DNA from: an uncultured Burkholderiales bacterium | GTDB taxonomy: Bacteria > Pseudomonadota > Gammaproteobacteria > Burkholderiales > Eutrophovitaceae | NCBI GenBank assembly: GCA_965661885.1 | Contig: CBFIFN010000001.1 | Coordinates: forward strand, 1 to 56,915 | Reading direction: 5' to 3' | DNA length: 56,915 nt | Shown: in pieces, positions 1-8,047 of the stretch | Layout: each line of letters opens with the position of its first letter | Numbering within the stretch: position 1 is the first letter of the stretch | Notes under the pieces: generated by a model | The model's database searches: none | The model's input: only the letters and a program-made list of their open reading frames with translations | Told to the model about the DNA's origin: nothing | Translations under genes and position numbers: made by a program

Positions 1-1
1 G

Positions 2-535
2 GGCAACACTTCAGTTTTCCCGGTTGCGGAGAACCAACATCGCAACGGAATACTAGATTTAACGATTTCTCCTGCGCGTATCTCAGGCTCTCTCGCGGTT
101 AAGGCGACAAAAATGGCTGTATCGCTAGCTGAGGCGCTCCGATACGAGGGGATATTGTGCGTCGAGTTTTTTGTTTTGAAGGATGACGTATTAATTATCA
201 ACGAAATAGCGCCTAGACCCCATAACAGTGGACACTTTACAATAGACGCGTGTAACGTTTCCCAATTTGAACAACAAGTGCGTGTCATGTGCGGACTGCC
301 CTTGAGTCAACCAATTCAACACGTCCCTGCCGTTATGGTCAACCTCCTGGGAGACCTTTGGGCCAAAGGAGAGCCTGATTGGTATCGAGTCTTACAAAAT
401 GATCGTGTTCGACTTCATTTGTATAATAAGGGCCAACCGCGATCGGGCCGTAAAATGGGACATTTAATTGTCGTAGATGCGGATTTGGATCAAGCTTTGG
501 CCTCGTCAAAGGACATTAAGGCATTACTAAAGTAA
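2..535 (+). CDS. purK: N5-carboxyaminoimidazole ribonucleotide synthase (PurK), C-terminal part; the gene starts upstream of the window
   Basis: The frame is open from position 2 (GNTSVFPVAENQHRNGILDLTISPA...). It contains the ATP-grasp C-terminal motifs 'EIAPRPHNSGH' and 'GRKMGH', and purC follows immediately. Confidence 0.85.
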   Translation, partial: GNTSVFPVAENQHRNGILDLTISPARISGSLAVKATKMAVSLAEALRYEGILCVEFFVLKDDVLIINEIAPRPHNSGHFTIDACNVSQFEQQVRVMCGLPLSQPIQHVPAVMVNLLGDLWAKGEPDWYRVLQNDRVRLHLYNKGQPRSGRKMGHLIVVDADLDQALASSKDIKALLK

Positions 536-543
536 ACGTTAAT

Positions 544-1431
544 ATGAGCAAACCAATCTCGATCTACGAGACAAGAATCACCTCTTTGGAATTTCTTTAC
601 AGAGGAAAAGTTCGCGATATTTATAAGATTGATGACGATCGTCTTCTGGTTGTCCAAACAGATCGATTATCAGCATTTGACGTCATTTTGCCGGATCCAA
701 TTCCCGGCAAGGGCCGCTTGCTTACAGATCTTTCAGTGTTTTGGTTCAAAAAATTATCTAGTGTTATTTCTAATCATTGGTTAAACCAATCCCCAGAGGA
801 CTTTGTAACTGCTGAGGAGTTGAGTCAAGTGGTGGGTCGCGCGATGGTCGTGCGAAATCTTAAGCCCTTACCAGTGGAGGCGATTGTTAGGGGATTTTTA
901 GCAGGGTCCGGCTGGAAGGAGTATCAGCAATCAGGAAGTATCTGCGGAATCGCACTGCCGCCGAACCTCAGGGAGGCGGAACAATTACCCCAAACGATAT
1001 TTACTCCGTCAACAAAAGCTGATATCGGAGATCACGATGAAAATATTTCTTTTAAGCTGCTAGAGAAAAAAATAGGCGAGGATTACGCGAATAGGATTCG
1101 CAATATTTCTTGTAAGCTGTATGAAGAAGCCTCTACTTATGCGCTAGAGAGGGGAATTATTATTGCCGATACTAAATTTGAGTTTGGCACTGATTCGAAC
1201 GGTGAGCTTTACCTTATCGACGAGGCGCTAACCTCAGACTCCTCAAGGTTTTGGCCTCAAAATCAATATGCTATTGGGGCGAGCCCTCCATCGTTCGATA
1301 AACAATTCGTGCGGGATTGGCTTGAATCCATTTCTTGGGATAAAAAGCCACCAGCACCTGATGTGCCGGAAGAGATTGCTGAAAAAACGGCAGCTAAGTA
1401 CTTAGAGGCGTTGACGTTGCTTACGAAATGA
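544..1431 (+). CDS. purC: Phosphoribosylaminoimidazole-succinocarboxamide (SAICAR) synthase, long form
   Basis: N-terminus 'LYRGKVRDIY...DRLSAFD', plus 'IADTKFEFG' and 'DKQFVRDWL', are typical of PurC. It sits next to purK. Confidence 0.9.
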   Translation: MSKPISIYETRITSLEFLYRGKVRDIYKIDDDRLLVVQTDRLSAFDVILPDPIPGKGRLLTDLSVFWFKKLSSVISNHWLNQSPEDFVTAEELSQVVGRAMVVRNLKPLPVEAIVRGFLAGSGWKEYQQSGSICGIALPPNLREAEQLPQTIFTPSTKADIGDHDENISFKLLEKKIGEDYANRIRNISCKLYEEASTYALERGIIIADTKFEFGTDSNGELYLIDEALTSDSSRFWPQNQYAIGASPPSFDKQFVRDWLESISWDKKPPAPDVPEEIAEKTAAKYLEALTLLTK

Positions 1432-1447
1432 ACCTGAAAGGGGGATT

Positions 1448-2410
1448 TTGATTAAAAAAATTACTACGGATGTTTGTGCGGCCGCGCGTTTATTAGCTGA
1501 GGGGCAACTGGTTGCGTTTCCAACGGAAACCGTTTATGGGTTGGGCGCTGACGCATTGAATCCGATTGCGGTGCGACGCGTGTACGAAGCAAAGTCTCGA
1601 CCTTTTGATCACCCTTTGATTGTTCATATTGGGCATAAGCACTTGCTTGACGAATTTGCTGTAAAAATACCTGAAAATGCCAGAGCTTTGGTTAATCATT
1701 TTTGGCCTGGCCCACTCACTTTAGTATTGGAAGCTTCGGATCGAGTGCCGCGTATTGTTACAGGCGGTCAAGATACTGTGGCGATAAGGCTCCCTGCACA
1801 CCCCCTGACACTTTCCTTGTTAAAGGAATTTAAAGGTGGAATGGTCGGGCCATCTGCCAATAAGTTTGGTCGGCTTTCTCCAACCAATGCGTCGGACGTG
1901 GATAGAAATTTTGGATCAGAGGTGGGGCTTGTTCTCGATGGAGGAGCTTGTGGTGTTGGTATAGAATCTACCATCATCGGATTTGACGGTGAGAGTCCGG
2001 TTATGTTGCGGCCCGGTATGATTACCAAGACGGCTATATCGGAAGCGATAGCGACTGGTTTCGTGAACGTTGGTAGTAAATCCCCGAGAGTTTCCGGGTC
2101 CTTGCCTTCGCATTATGCACCCACAACAAAATTGATCCTTCTGGAATCAAACAATATTAGGCGTTATCTAAAAGAGAATGTTGAATTACAAAGCGTAGCG
2201 TTGTTAACTTTCCAACCTTTTTGCATAGCACATCCAGGGCAGGTGATTCATGCGTTAAAAGATCCGAACGATTATGCAAAGCATTTGTATCAGCGCTTAA
2301 GAGAGCTTGACCAAGGCCCTGCTAAAATAATAATTGTAGAGTCAATCCCCTTTGGGGATGCCTGGGACGGTATCCGAGATAGGTTGGTCAGAGCAGCAGG
2401 TTCGCTTTAG
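1448..2410 (+). CDS. tsaC: L-threonylcarbamoyladenylate synthase, Sua5/YrdC family with a C-terminal Sua5 domain (TTG start)
   Basis: 'FPTETVYGLGADA', 'KxRPxDHPLIVHI' and 'SANKFG' are YrdC-domain motifs. The 320-aa length implies the extra Sua5 domain. A GGGGGA Shine-Dalgarno lies upstream. Confidence 0.85.
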   Translation: MIKKITTDVCAAARLLAEGQLVAFPTETVYGLGADALNPIAVRRVYEAKSRPFDHPLIVHIGHKHLLDEFAVKIPENARALVNHFWPGPLTLVLEASDRVPRIVTGGQDTVAIRLPAHPLTLSLLKEFKGGMVGPSANKFGRLSPTNASDVDRNFGSEVGLVLDGGACGVGIESTIIGFDGESPVMLRPGMITKTAISEAIATGFVNVGSKSPRVSGSLPSHYAPTTKLILLESNNIRRYLKENVELQSVALLTFQPFCIAHPGQVIHALKDPNDYAKHLYQRLRELDQGPAKIIIVESIPFGDAWDGIRDRLVRAAGSL

Positions 2411-3582
2411 TTGGCGTTGATTAAGTAATCAAGCGCCTCAGAAATCCCACCTCTATTAAAAGGAAATGAACATATCTCCAATCCCATCTCAATGCCTGAT
2501 AGGACACCAGTTAAGGACAAATCATTAAGCTCTCCTAGGTGACCAATTCGAAATACCTGATCATTAAATTTGCCGAGACCTGTTCCGAGTGACATGTTGA
2601 ATTGACTTAAGATTTTTTCTCGTAACTGATTCGCGCTAAATTTATCAGGTGTCATCACGGCGGTAACGGTATTACTAAATGCCTTTGGATTCTGACACAC
2701 CAATTCGAGACCCCAGTGTCGAACCGCCGCTCGAGTGGCCGCCGCGTGGCGCGCATGTTTATTAATAACGTTTTCGAGTCCGATTACATCCAGTATGAGT
2801 TTGAGCGATTCTTGTAATCCGAAAATTAAATTTGTTGCCGGCGTATAAGGAAAAAAACCTCTTTCGTTATGACTTATGATCTCATTCCAATCCCAATAAC
2901 TTTTTGGAAATTGAGATTTAGCATGACATTTTAAGGCTCGATTGCTTACTGCGTTAAAGGATAAGCCTGGCGGCAGCATGAGACCTTTTTGAGAGGCGCC
3001 AATGGACACATCGGCTCCCCACTCCTCATGCTTGTAATCAATGGAAGCGAGAGAGGACACCGTATCCACTAGTAAGAGGGCTTGATGCTTTGTCTCATCG
3101 ATTGCTTTTCTTATCGCAGGAATATCAGAGGTTACGCCAGTCGATGTTTCATTATGAACGATACAGACTGCTTTGATGTCTTGATTGATATCGTTTTTTA
3201 AATGTTCGAATAACTGTGCGGGGTCGACAGGCGAACGCCAATCGGATTTAATGACTTGCACCTCAAATCCAAGGTTAATAGCAAGGCGTCTCCATTGGGC
3301 TGCGAAGTGTCCTGTCTCGTATATCAAAATGGTTTCACCCGGGTTAAGTACGTTGACGAGGCTTGCCTCCCAAGCTCCAGTGCCGGAAGCGGGAAACAAA
3401 ATAACCGAATTGGTCGTTTTGAATATGCGTTTTAAATTAAATAATATTTCTAGACCAAGTTTTCCAAATTCCTCACTCCGGTGGTCAATGGTTGGCTTAG
3501 CAAGTGCTGTTAGCACAACATCGGGAATATTTGTCGGGCCAGGGATTTGAAGGTAATGCCTACCAGGCGAATGGTTACTCAT
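2407..3582 (-). CDS. Class V PLP aminotransferase, serine-glyoxylate / alanine-glyoxylate (SGAT/AGXT) type
   Basis: 'PGRHYLQIPGPTNIPDVV...DHRSEEF', 'FPASGTGAWE', 'VHNETSTGV' and the PLP-lysine motif 'GASQKGLMLPPG' align closely by eye with methylotroph SgaA. Confidence 0.8.
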   Translation of the reverse strand: MSNHSPGRHYLQIPGPTNIPDVVLTALAKPTIDHRSEEFGKLGLEILFNLKRIFKTTNSVILFPASGTGAWEASLVNVLNPGETILIYETGHFAAQWRRLAINLGFEVQVIKSDWRSPVDPAQLFEHLKNDINQDIKAVCIVHNETSTGVTSDIPAIRKAIDETKHQALLLVDTVSSLASIDYKHEEWGADVSIGASQKGLMLPPGLSFNAVSNRALKCHAKSQFPKSYWDWNEIISHNERGFFPYTPATNLIFGLQESLKLILDVIGLENVINKHARHAAATRAAVRHWGLELVCQNPKAFSNTVTAVMTPDKFSANQLREKILSQFNMSLGTGLGKFNDQVFRIGHLGELNDLSLTGVLSGIEMGLEICSFPFNRGGISEALDYLINAN

Positions 3583-4003
3583 GTTTCACTTCCTATAAGC
3601 GAGTTCTCGTTTGGGGAGGTTCATTATGTGCATTGTATTTTTACAGAATTTGTTCGGCATATTCGAATCAGTGTATCTCTGGGTCATCGGTGACGGCATT
3701 ACCACTTACTAAAAAATCAAAGTCGAATTTGTTTTTAGCCTGCTGAACATGCTTAGAGAATAAGTGACTGTAACCTCGTTTGAGGTGATTGTCTGACATA
3801 CCTTCGCGCGCTAAATATAGTTAATTTCGAAGTCACCGTGGCATACTATATGGTCGCAGTCAAAATAAAAATACTAAGAGTAAAAGGAAATACAAAATTT
3901 AGCAGCCTAATCTGCGGGACTTAAGTTGAGAGACTGAGATAAAATAACGAGCGAGTAGATCTTTGATTTTTGGCTGGATAATTACCAAGAGAGGGTTGAT
4001 TAA

Positions 4004-5326
4004 ATGATTAATGATCGTATAGACGTAAATATAGCAGGAGGCCTCGATGTCCCCTTGCCCCGCATGGTCCATGTAAGACAGAAGTTTGAGCTCTCTAAGA
4101 TTTCCAGCGTGGCCGATACTGTGGCTCAGGAATTCACAAAAATTGCTATAAAATCCAAGATTAAGCCAGGGATGACAATTGCTGTGGGCGTCGGCTCCAG
4201 AGGCGTAAATAATATAGCCGAATGCGTTAAATCAGTCGTCGAAGAAATTAAAGCGTTAGGAGGAGAGCCTTTTGTTTTTCCAGCGATGGGTAGCCACGGC
4301 GGGGCAACCGCTGAAGGCCAACAAGAGGTATTAGATAGCTATGGCGTTACAGAGTCATTTATAGGTTGTCCAATTCGGTCTAGCATGGAGGTTGTAGAGA
4401 TCGATAAGGCTGAGGACGGCATGCCGGTTTTTATGGATAAGTTCGCAGCTGAAGCCGATGCTATAGCCCTCGTGTGTCGCATAAAGCCGCACACAAATTT
4501 TAGAGCACCTATTGAATCAGGTATTGTAAAAATGCTGACGATTGGGATGGGTAAAATAATAGGCGCGTCTACACTGCACACGTACGGCATGGATATGTTT
4601 GGTGTACTGTTGCCCAATGTGGCAAAAATAGTCATGGCAAAGAAAAACTTCTTGTTTGGAGTAGCCATGGTTGAAAACGCAGCTGACGAAACGGCGATTG
4701 TTGAAATTGTTCCAAGTGACGAGGTGCTGAGCCGGGAACCATTGCTTTTATCGCGGGCGAAGGAGTTGATGCCGAAATTACAATTCGAAGACATCGACGT
4801 TTTAGTGGTTGAAAAAATCGGAAAAAACATTTCCGGGTCAGGTATGGATCCGAACATAACGGGCCGTAATTGTCGTGATGTCGAATGGGAGATGAGCCCT
4901 AATGTAAAGAAAATTGCTGTGCTGGGACTAACTCCGGAAACACACGGCAATGCCACTGGTTTAGGCGCCGCGGATGTCATCACAATGGACGTATATCGGG
5001 AGCTGGATATTGCTAAGACCTACGCCAACGTGATCACGTCGATGTACTTAGACGGCGCGGCGATACCTATCATTATGAACAATGATCGTGAGGCAATACA
5101 GCTTGCGGTAAAAACCGTGGTAAGAGTTAAGCCAGAAAACATAAAGATCGTGAGGATTTCTACGACACTCGAAGTCATGGATTTGCATGTTTCCGAGAAT
5201 CTATTGCCCTACATCAAAAACAATCCAGATAAATTTGAGATTTTAGGTGAACCAGAGGCCACTAAGTTCGACGATAACGGTAAAATTTACCCGATGATGG
5301 CTGCGAGCGCACACGTCAACGCATAA
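4004..5326 (+). CDS. LarA-like (lactate racemase N-terminal domain, formerly DUF2088) putative NPN-dependent 2-hydroxyacid racemase/epimerase; substrate unknown
   Basis: By-eye alignment to L. plantarum LarA gives three matches. 'AMGSHGGAT' matches 'ATGFHRPST' (His98 ~ His108). 'KPHTNF...GIVKML' matches 'ESHFFAGFSGGRKSVL' (His163 ~ His174, Lys176 ~ Lys184). 'TLHT' matches 'ANHS' (His192 ~ His200, with the same 16-residue Lys-to-His spacing). larC, larE and larB follow directly. Confidence 0.6.
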   Translation: MINDRIDVNIAGGLDVPLPRMVHVRQKFELSKISSVADTVAQEFTKIAIKSKIKPGMTIAVGVGSRGVNNIAECVKSVVEEIKALGGEPFVFPAMGSHGGATAEGQQEVLDSYGVTESFIGCPIRSSMEVVEIDKAEDGMPVFMDKFAAEADAIALVCRIKPHTNFRAPIESGIVKMLTIGMGKIIGASTLHTYGMDMFGVLLPNVAKIVMAKKNFLFGVAMVENAADETAIVEIVPSDEVLSREPLLLSRAKELMPKLQFEDIDVLVVEKIGKNISGSGMDPNITGRNCRDVEWEMSPNVKKIAVLGLTPETHGNATGLGAADVITMDVYRELDIAKTYANVITSMYLDGAAIPIIMNNDREAIQLAVKTVVRVKPENIKIVRISTTLEVMDLHVSENLLPYIKNNPDKFEILGEPEATKFDDNGKIYPMMAASAHVNA

Positions 5327-5359
5327 GTTTATTTTGTTGTTATTACGTAATTTATTAAA

Positions 5360-6547
5360 ATGGCGAAAATGCGAGTTCACTTAGATCCTACAGGCGGAGT
5401 CGCTGGCGATATGTTTATTGCCGCCATTTTGGACGCCAAACCTGAATGGTATGAAGGGATGTGCAAGGCTATTAGTGACGCTGGTTTGCCCAAAGAGATC
5501 GCGTTATCTTTACTGCCTCATTCCGACTTTGCCCTCACGGGGACGCGCTTCAATGTAGAGGAACCTGAGGCAAATAAGCATCATCACATGTTATTTTCTG
5601 ACATCAGAGAGATGCTCATGGAGTCTGTTTTGGCAGTTAGCGTGCGTCAAGTAGCGATTGATATTTTTTGCCTCTTAGCAAAGGCTGAAGCAGAGGTGCA
5701 CGGCAAGACTATAGAAACGATTAGTTTCCATGAGGTTGGTGAGTGGGATTCGATCGCGGATATCGTGGGAGCTGCTTATCTGATTGATAAGTTATCTGCT
5801 TCTTGGACTCTCGGGTTATTGCCATTGGGGCGCGGCACAGTGCAGACGAGCCATGGCATATTAGCCGTGCCGACTCCTGCTACTGTAAAATTATTAACAG
5901 GTTTTAATTTTTATGACGACGGTCTGGATGGCGAGCGTGTTACGCCGACTGGCGCCGCCATATTGGCATACCTTCAACCGAAGCAATCGGGGGCCGCGGA
6001 GGGTGGCAAATTAGTTGTATCAGGTACGGGGTTCGGTACTAAATCACTCCTTGAGAAAAGTAACGTTCTGCGTGTCCTGATGTTGTCTGGACTAGAGCAA
6101 CAAAGTCAAAGTGACAACATTTATCAAATTGATTTTGACATTGATGACCAGAGTGCTGAGGACTTAGCGATTGGTCTGAATCATATTCGTGCAATCTCTT
6201 CAGTTCTTGATGTGTCTCAGGCGGTACTTTTTGGTAAAAAGGGTCGGGTTGTAAATTCAATTCGCATTCTCGCTGAGACTACAGATGTCGATAAGGTTTT
6301 TGAAGCATGTTTTAATGAAACGACAACAATAGGTTTACGCTACCAAGAGTTGATGCGTGTGACTTTAGATCGTTGGGAAAAAAAATTCATGACTGATGGG
6401 CTAGAAGGACGAAGTAAATTTGTAACCCGACCACATGGAGTAACGCTTAAAGTTGAATCGGACGACCTTGCCTCAACAAAGGGACATGCTAATCGAGAGC
6501 GAATACGAAGATATATCGCGGCAAAATGTGAGACTCCAATTGATTGA
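5360..6547 (+). CDS. larC: Nickel-pincer cofactor biosynthesis protein LarC (nickel insertion, DUF111 family), single uninterrupted ORF
   Basis: N-terminus 'MRVHLDPTGGVAGDMFIAAILDA' matches the LarC/DUF111 signature. A short His cluster 'KHHHM' is present. The ORF sits between the LarA-like gene and larE. Confidence 0.85.
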   Translation: MAKMRVHLDPTGGVAGDMFIAAILDAKPEWYEGMCKAISDAGLPKEIALSLLPHSDFALTGTRFNVEEPEANKHHHMLFSDIREMLMESVLAVSVRQVAIDIFCLLAKAEAEVHGKTIETISFHEVGEWDSIADIVGAAYLIDKLSASWTLGLLPLGRGTVQTSHGILAVPTPATVKLLTGFNFYDDGLDGERVTPTGAAILAYLQPKQSGAAEGGKLVVSGTGFGTKSLLEKSNVLRVLMLSGLEQQSQSDNIYQIDFDIDDQSAEDLAIGLNHIRAISSVLDVSQAVLFGKKGRVVNSIRILAETTDVDKVFEACFNETTTIGLRYQELMRVTLDRWEKKFMTDGLEGRSKFVTRPHGVTLKVESDDLASTKGHANRERIRRYIAAKCETPID

Positions 6548-7382
6548 AGGAATATCCGAACATAAAAAAGACCTATTCGCGTTGTTCGCTGACATGCAGG
6601 AGATTTCAGTTGCGGTTAGTGGTGGTATTGATAGCATCACACTAGCAATGTTGGCACACCAAACGCCAAACGTTTCTGTGCGAATGTATCATGCCGTTTC
6701 ACCTGCGGTGCCTCGCCAGGCGACTGAACGAGTGAAGCAACTTGCTTTCGATTTTGATTGGGATCTTGAAATACTAAATGCTCAAGAATTTCGAGACGAA
6801 AGTTATTTATCTAACCCCGTCAACCGTTGTTTTTTTTGTAAAACAAATTTATATAAAGCGATATCAACTTTTACTGAGGGCGTTATATTTTCTGGTGCAA
6901 ATATGGATGATTTATCCGATTATCGACCGGGACTACAAGCGGCGCGAGATGCAAATGTTCGACATCCGTTTGTGGAAACGGGTACAGATAAAAAAATGGT
7001 CAGGACCATTGCGAAACAAATTGGTCTGGAACATTTGTCAGAGCTGCCGTCGTCACCCTGTCTCTCTAGTCGAGTTGAAACAGGTACACGTATAGATCCG
7101 GATCTCCTTCCGCTAATTAATGAGGTAGAGCTTTTGATTAAGGAATTGCTCTTCCCAGAACCGAAGACCGTTAGGTGTCGTGTTCGAGCTAATGGCTTAG
7201 TGATTGAGTTGGATCATGAAGCTGCAGGTGGTTTAACGCTGCAAAAAAAGGAGATATTGAAAGAAAAGATAGCTCAAGTTTTTAAAATAAAAAATCATAA
7301 GTATCCAGTGAGATTTGAAGTATATAAAGTCGGTAGCGCGTTTATTCATTTGCAACCCATGCGGACTGTGAAGGCACAATGA
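6486..7382 (+). CDS. larE: ATP-dependent sulfur transferase LarE (PP-loop); start uncertain (ATG 6486, GTG 6528 or TTG 6540; the ORF-track TTG 6453 is probably too far upstream)
   Basis: PP-loop 'SVAVSGGIDS', 'DYRPGLQAARD' and 'SSPCLSSR' correspond to LarE 'SGGIDS', 'DYRPGLKARSE' and 'ASCSVSSR'. The stop overlaps the larB ATG (ATGA). Confidence 0.85.
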   Translation: MLIESEYEDISRQNVRLQLIEGISEHKKDLFALFADMQEISVAVSGGIDSITLAMLAHQTPNVSVRMYHAVSPAVPRQATERVKQLAFDFDWDLEILNAQEFRDESYLSNPVNRCFFCKTNLYKAISTFTEGVIFSGANMDDLSDYRPGLQAARDANVRHPFVETGTDKKMVRTIAKQIGLEHLSELPSSPCLSSRVETGTRIDPDLLPLINEVELLIKELLFPEPKTVRCRVRANGLVIELDHEAAGGLTLQKKEILKEKIAQVFKIKNHKYPVRFEVYKVGSAFIHLQPMRTVKAQ

Positions 7383-8047
7383 GCTTGCAGAAAGATGTTG
7401 AGTTAGACTTTAATCGAGAGAACCGTATAGGACTTGATGAAGCCATATTTTGTGAAGGAAAAACGGCTGGTCAGATCGCTGAAATCCTTCGTCAGGCGCA
7501 TTCAAAGCAGCATCGATTTCTGCTCACGCGTCTATCGCAGGAGAAACAAAAAGATGTGCTTAGCTTAGGCGATTTTGATATAGATTACGATCCGACCTCG
7601 AGGACGGGATTCTATCCGACGCCGCATAACCTTTTGAGCGATGGTCATGTTTCGGTTATTTGCGCAGGTACTTCAGATGTTCCTGTGGCTAGAGAAGTTA
7701 TGCGCACTTTACAATATTACGGACATCTTGCAATGGAGATCTCAGATGTGGGGGTAGCGGGATTATGGCGGTTGCTTGATCGATTGGAAGACATTAGATC
7801 TGCTAAGGTTATTATCGTGGTAGCTGGGATGGATGCTGCGTTACCAACCGTTTTGGGTGGATTGGTCGGTCAGCCGTTAATTGGGGTGCCTACGTCTGTT
7901 GGTTACGGCGTAGCCAATGGAGGGAGCGCCGCCCTTCATGCGATGCTCGTCAGTTGCTCTCCTGGGATAACTGTCACGAATATTGACAACGGGTATGGGG
8001 CTGCATGTGCTGCTTTGAGAATTCTCAAAACAGCACACAATCAATAG
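7379..8047 (+). CDS. larB: Nickel-pincer cofactor biosynthesis protein LarB (PurE-like NaAD carboxylase/hydrolase)
   Basis: 'RIGLDEAIFCEGKT', 'ICAGTSDVPVAREV' and 'VAGMDAALPTVLGGLVGQPLIGVPTSVGYG' match LarB segments by eye. Confidence 0.85.
   Translation: MSLQKDVELDFNRENRIGLDEAIFCEGKTAGQIAEILRQAHSKQHRFLLTRLSQEKQKDVLSLGDFDIDYDPTSRTGFYPTPHNLLSDGHVSVICAGTSDVPVAREVMRTLQYYGHLAMEISDVGVAGLWRLLDRLEDIRSAKVIIVVAGMDAALPTVLGGLVGQPLIGVPTSVGYGVANGGSAALHAMLVSCSPGITVTNIDNGYGAACAALRILKTAHNQ

Noticed and set aside
3504-3746. An 80-aa forward-strand ORF spanning the aminotransferase start and the lar upstream spacer.
   Set aside because: It overlaps the 5' end of the aminotransferase gene in antisense. The translation has no motifs and there is no ribosome-binding site.
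4339-4983. Long antisense ORFs inside well-supported genes: 214 aa opposite the LarA-like gene, 12760-13215 opposite dapF, 28562-29086 opposite aroE, 51363-51800 opposite purH, 36969-37367 and 37252-37551 opposite the cox-like genes, and many shorter ones in the ORF track.
   Set aside because: Their translations are low-complexity (Ser/Pro/Ala/Thr-rich) with no recognisable motifs. Each lies fully within a gene that has strong family signatures on the other strand, and none has a plausible ribosome-binding site. They are typical shadow ORFs.
6453-6547. The 95-nt overlap of the larC and larE ORFs, considered as a possible programmed frameshift or fusion analogous to larC1/larC2 of L. plantarum.
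   Set aside because: The overlap comes from an ORF-track TTG start. LarE homology begins only about 25 residues before 'SGGIDS', and in-frame ATG 6486, GTG 6528 and TTG 6540 give normal short overlaps. LarC is complete on its own.
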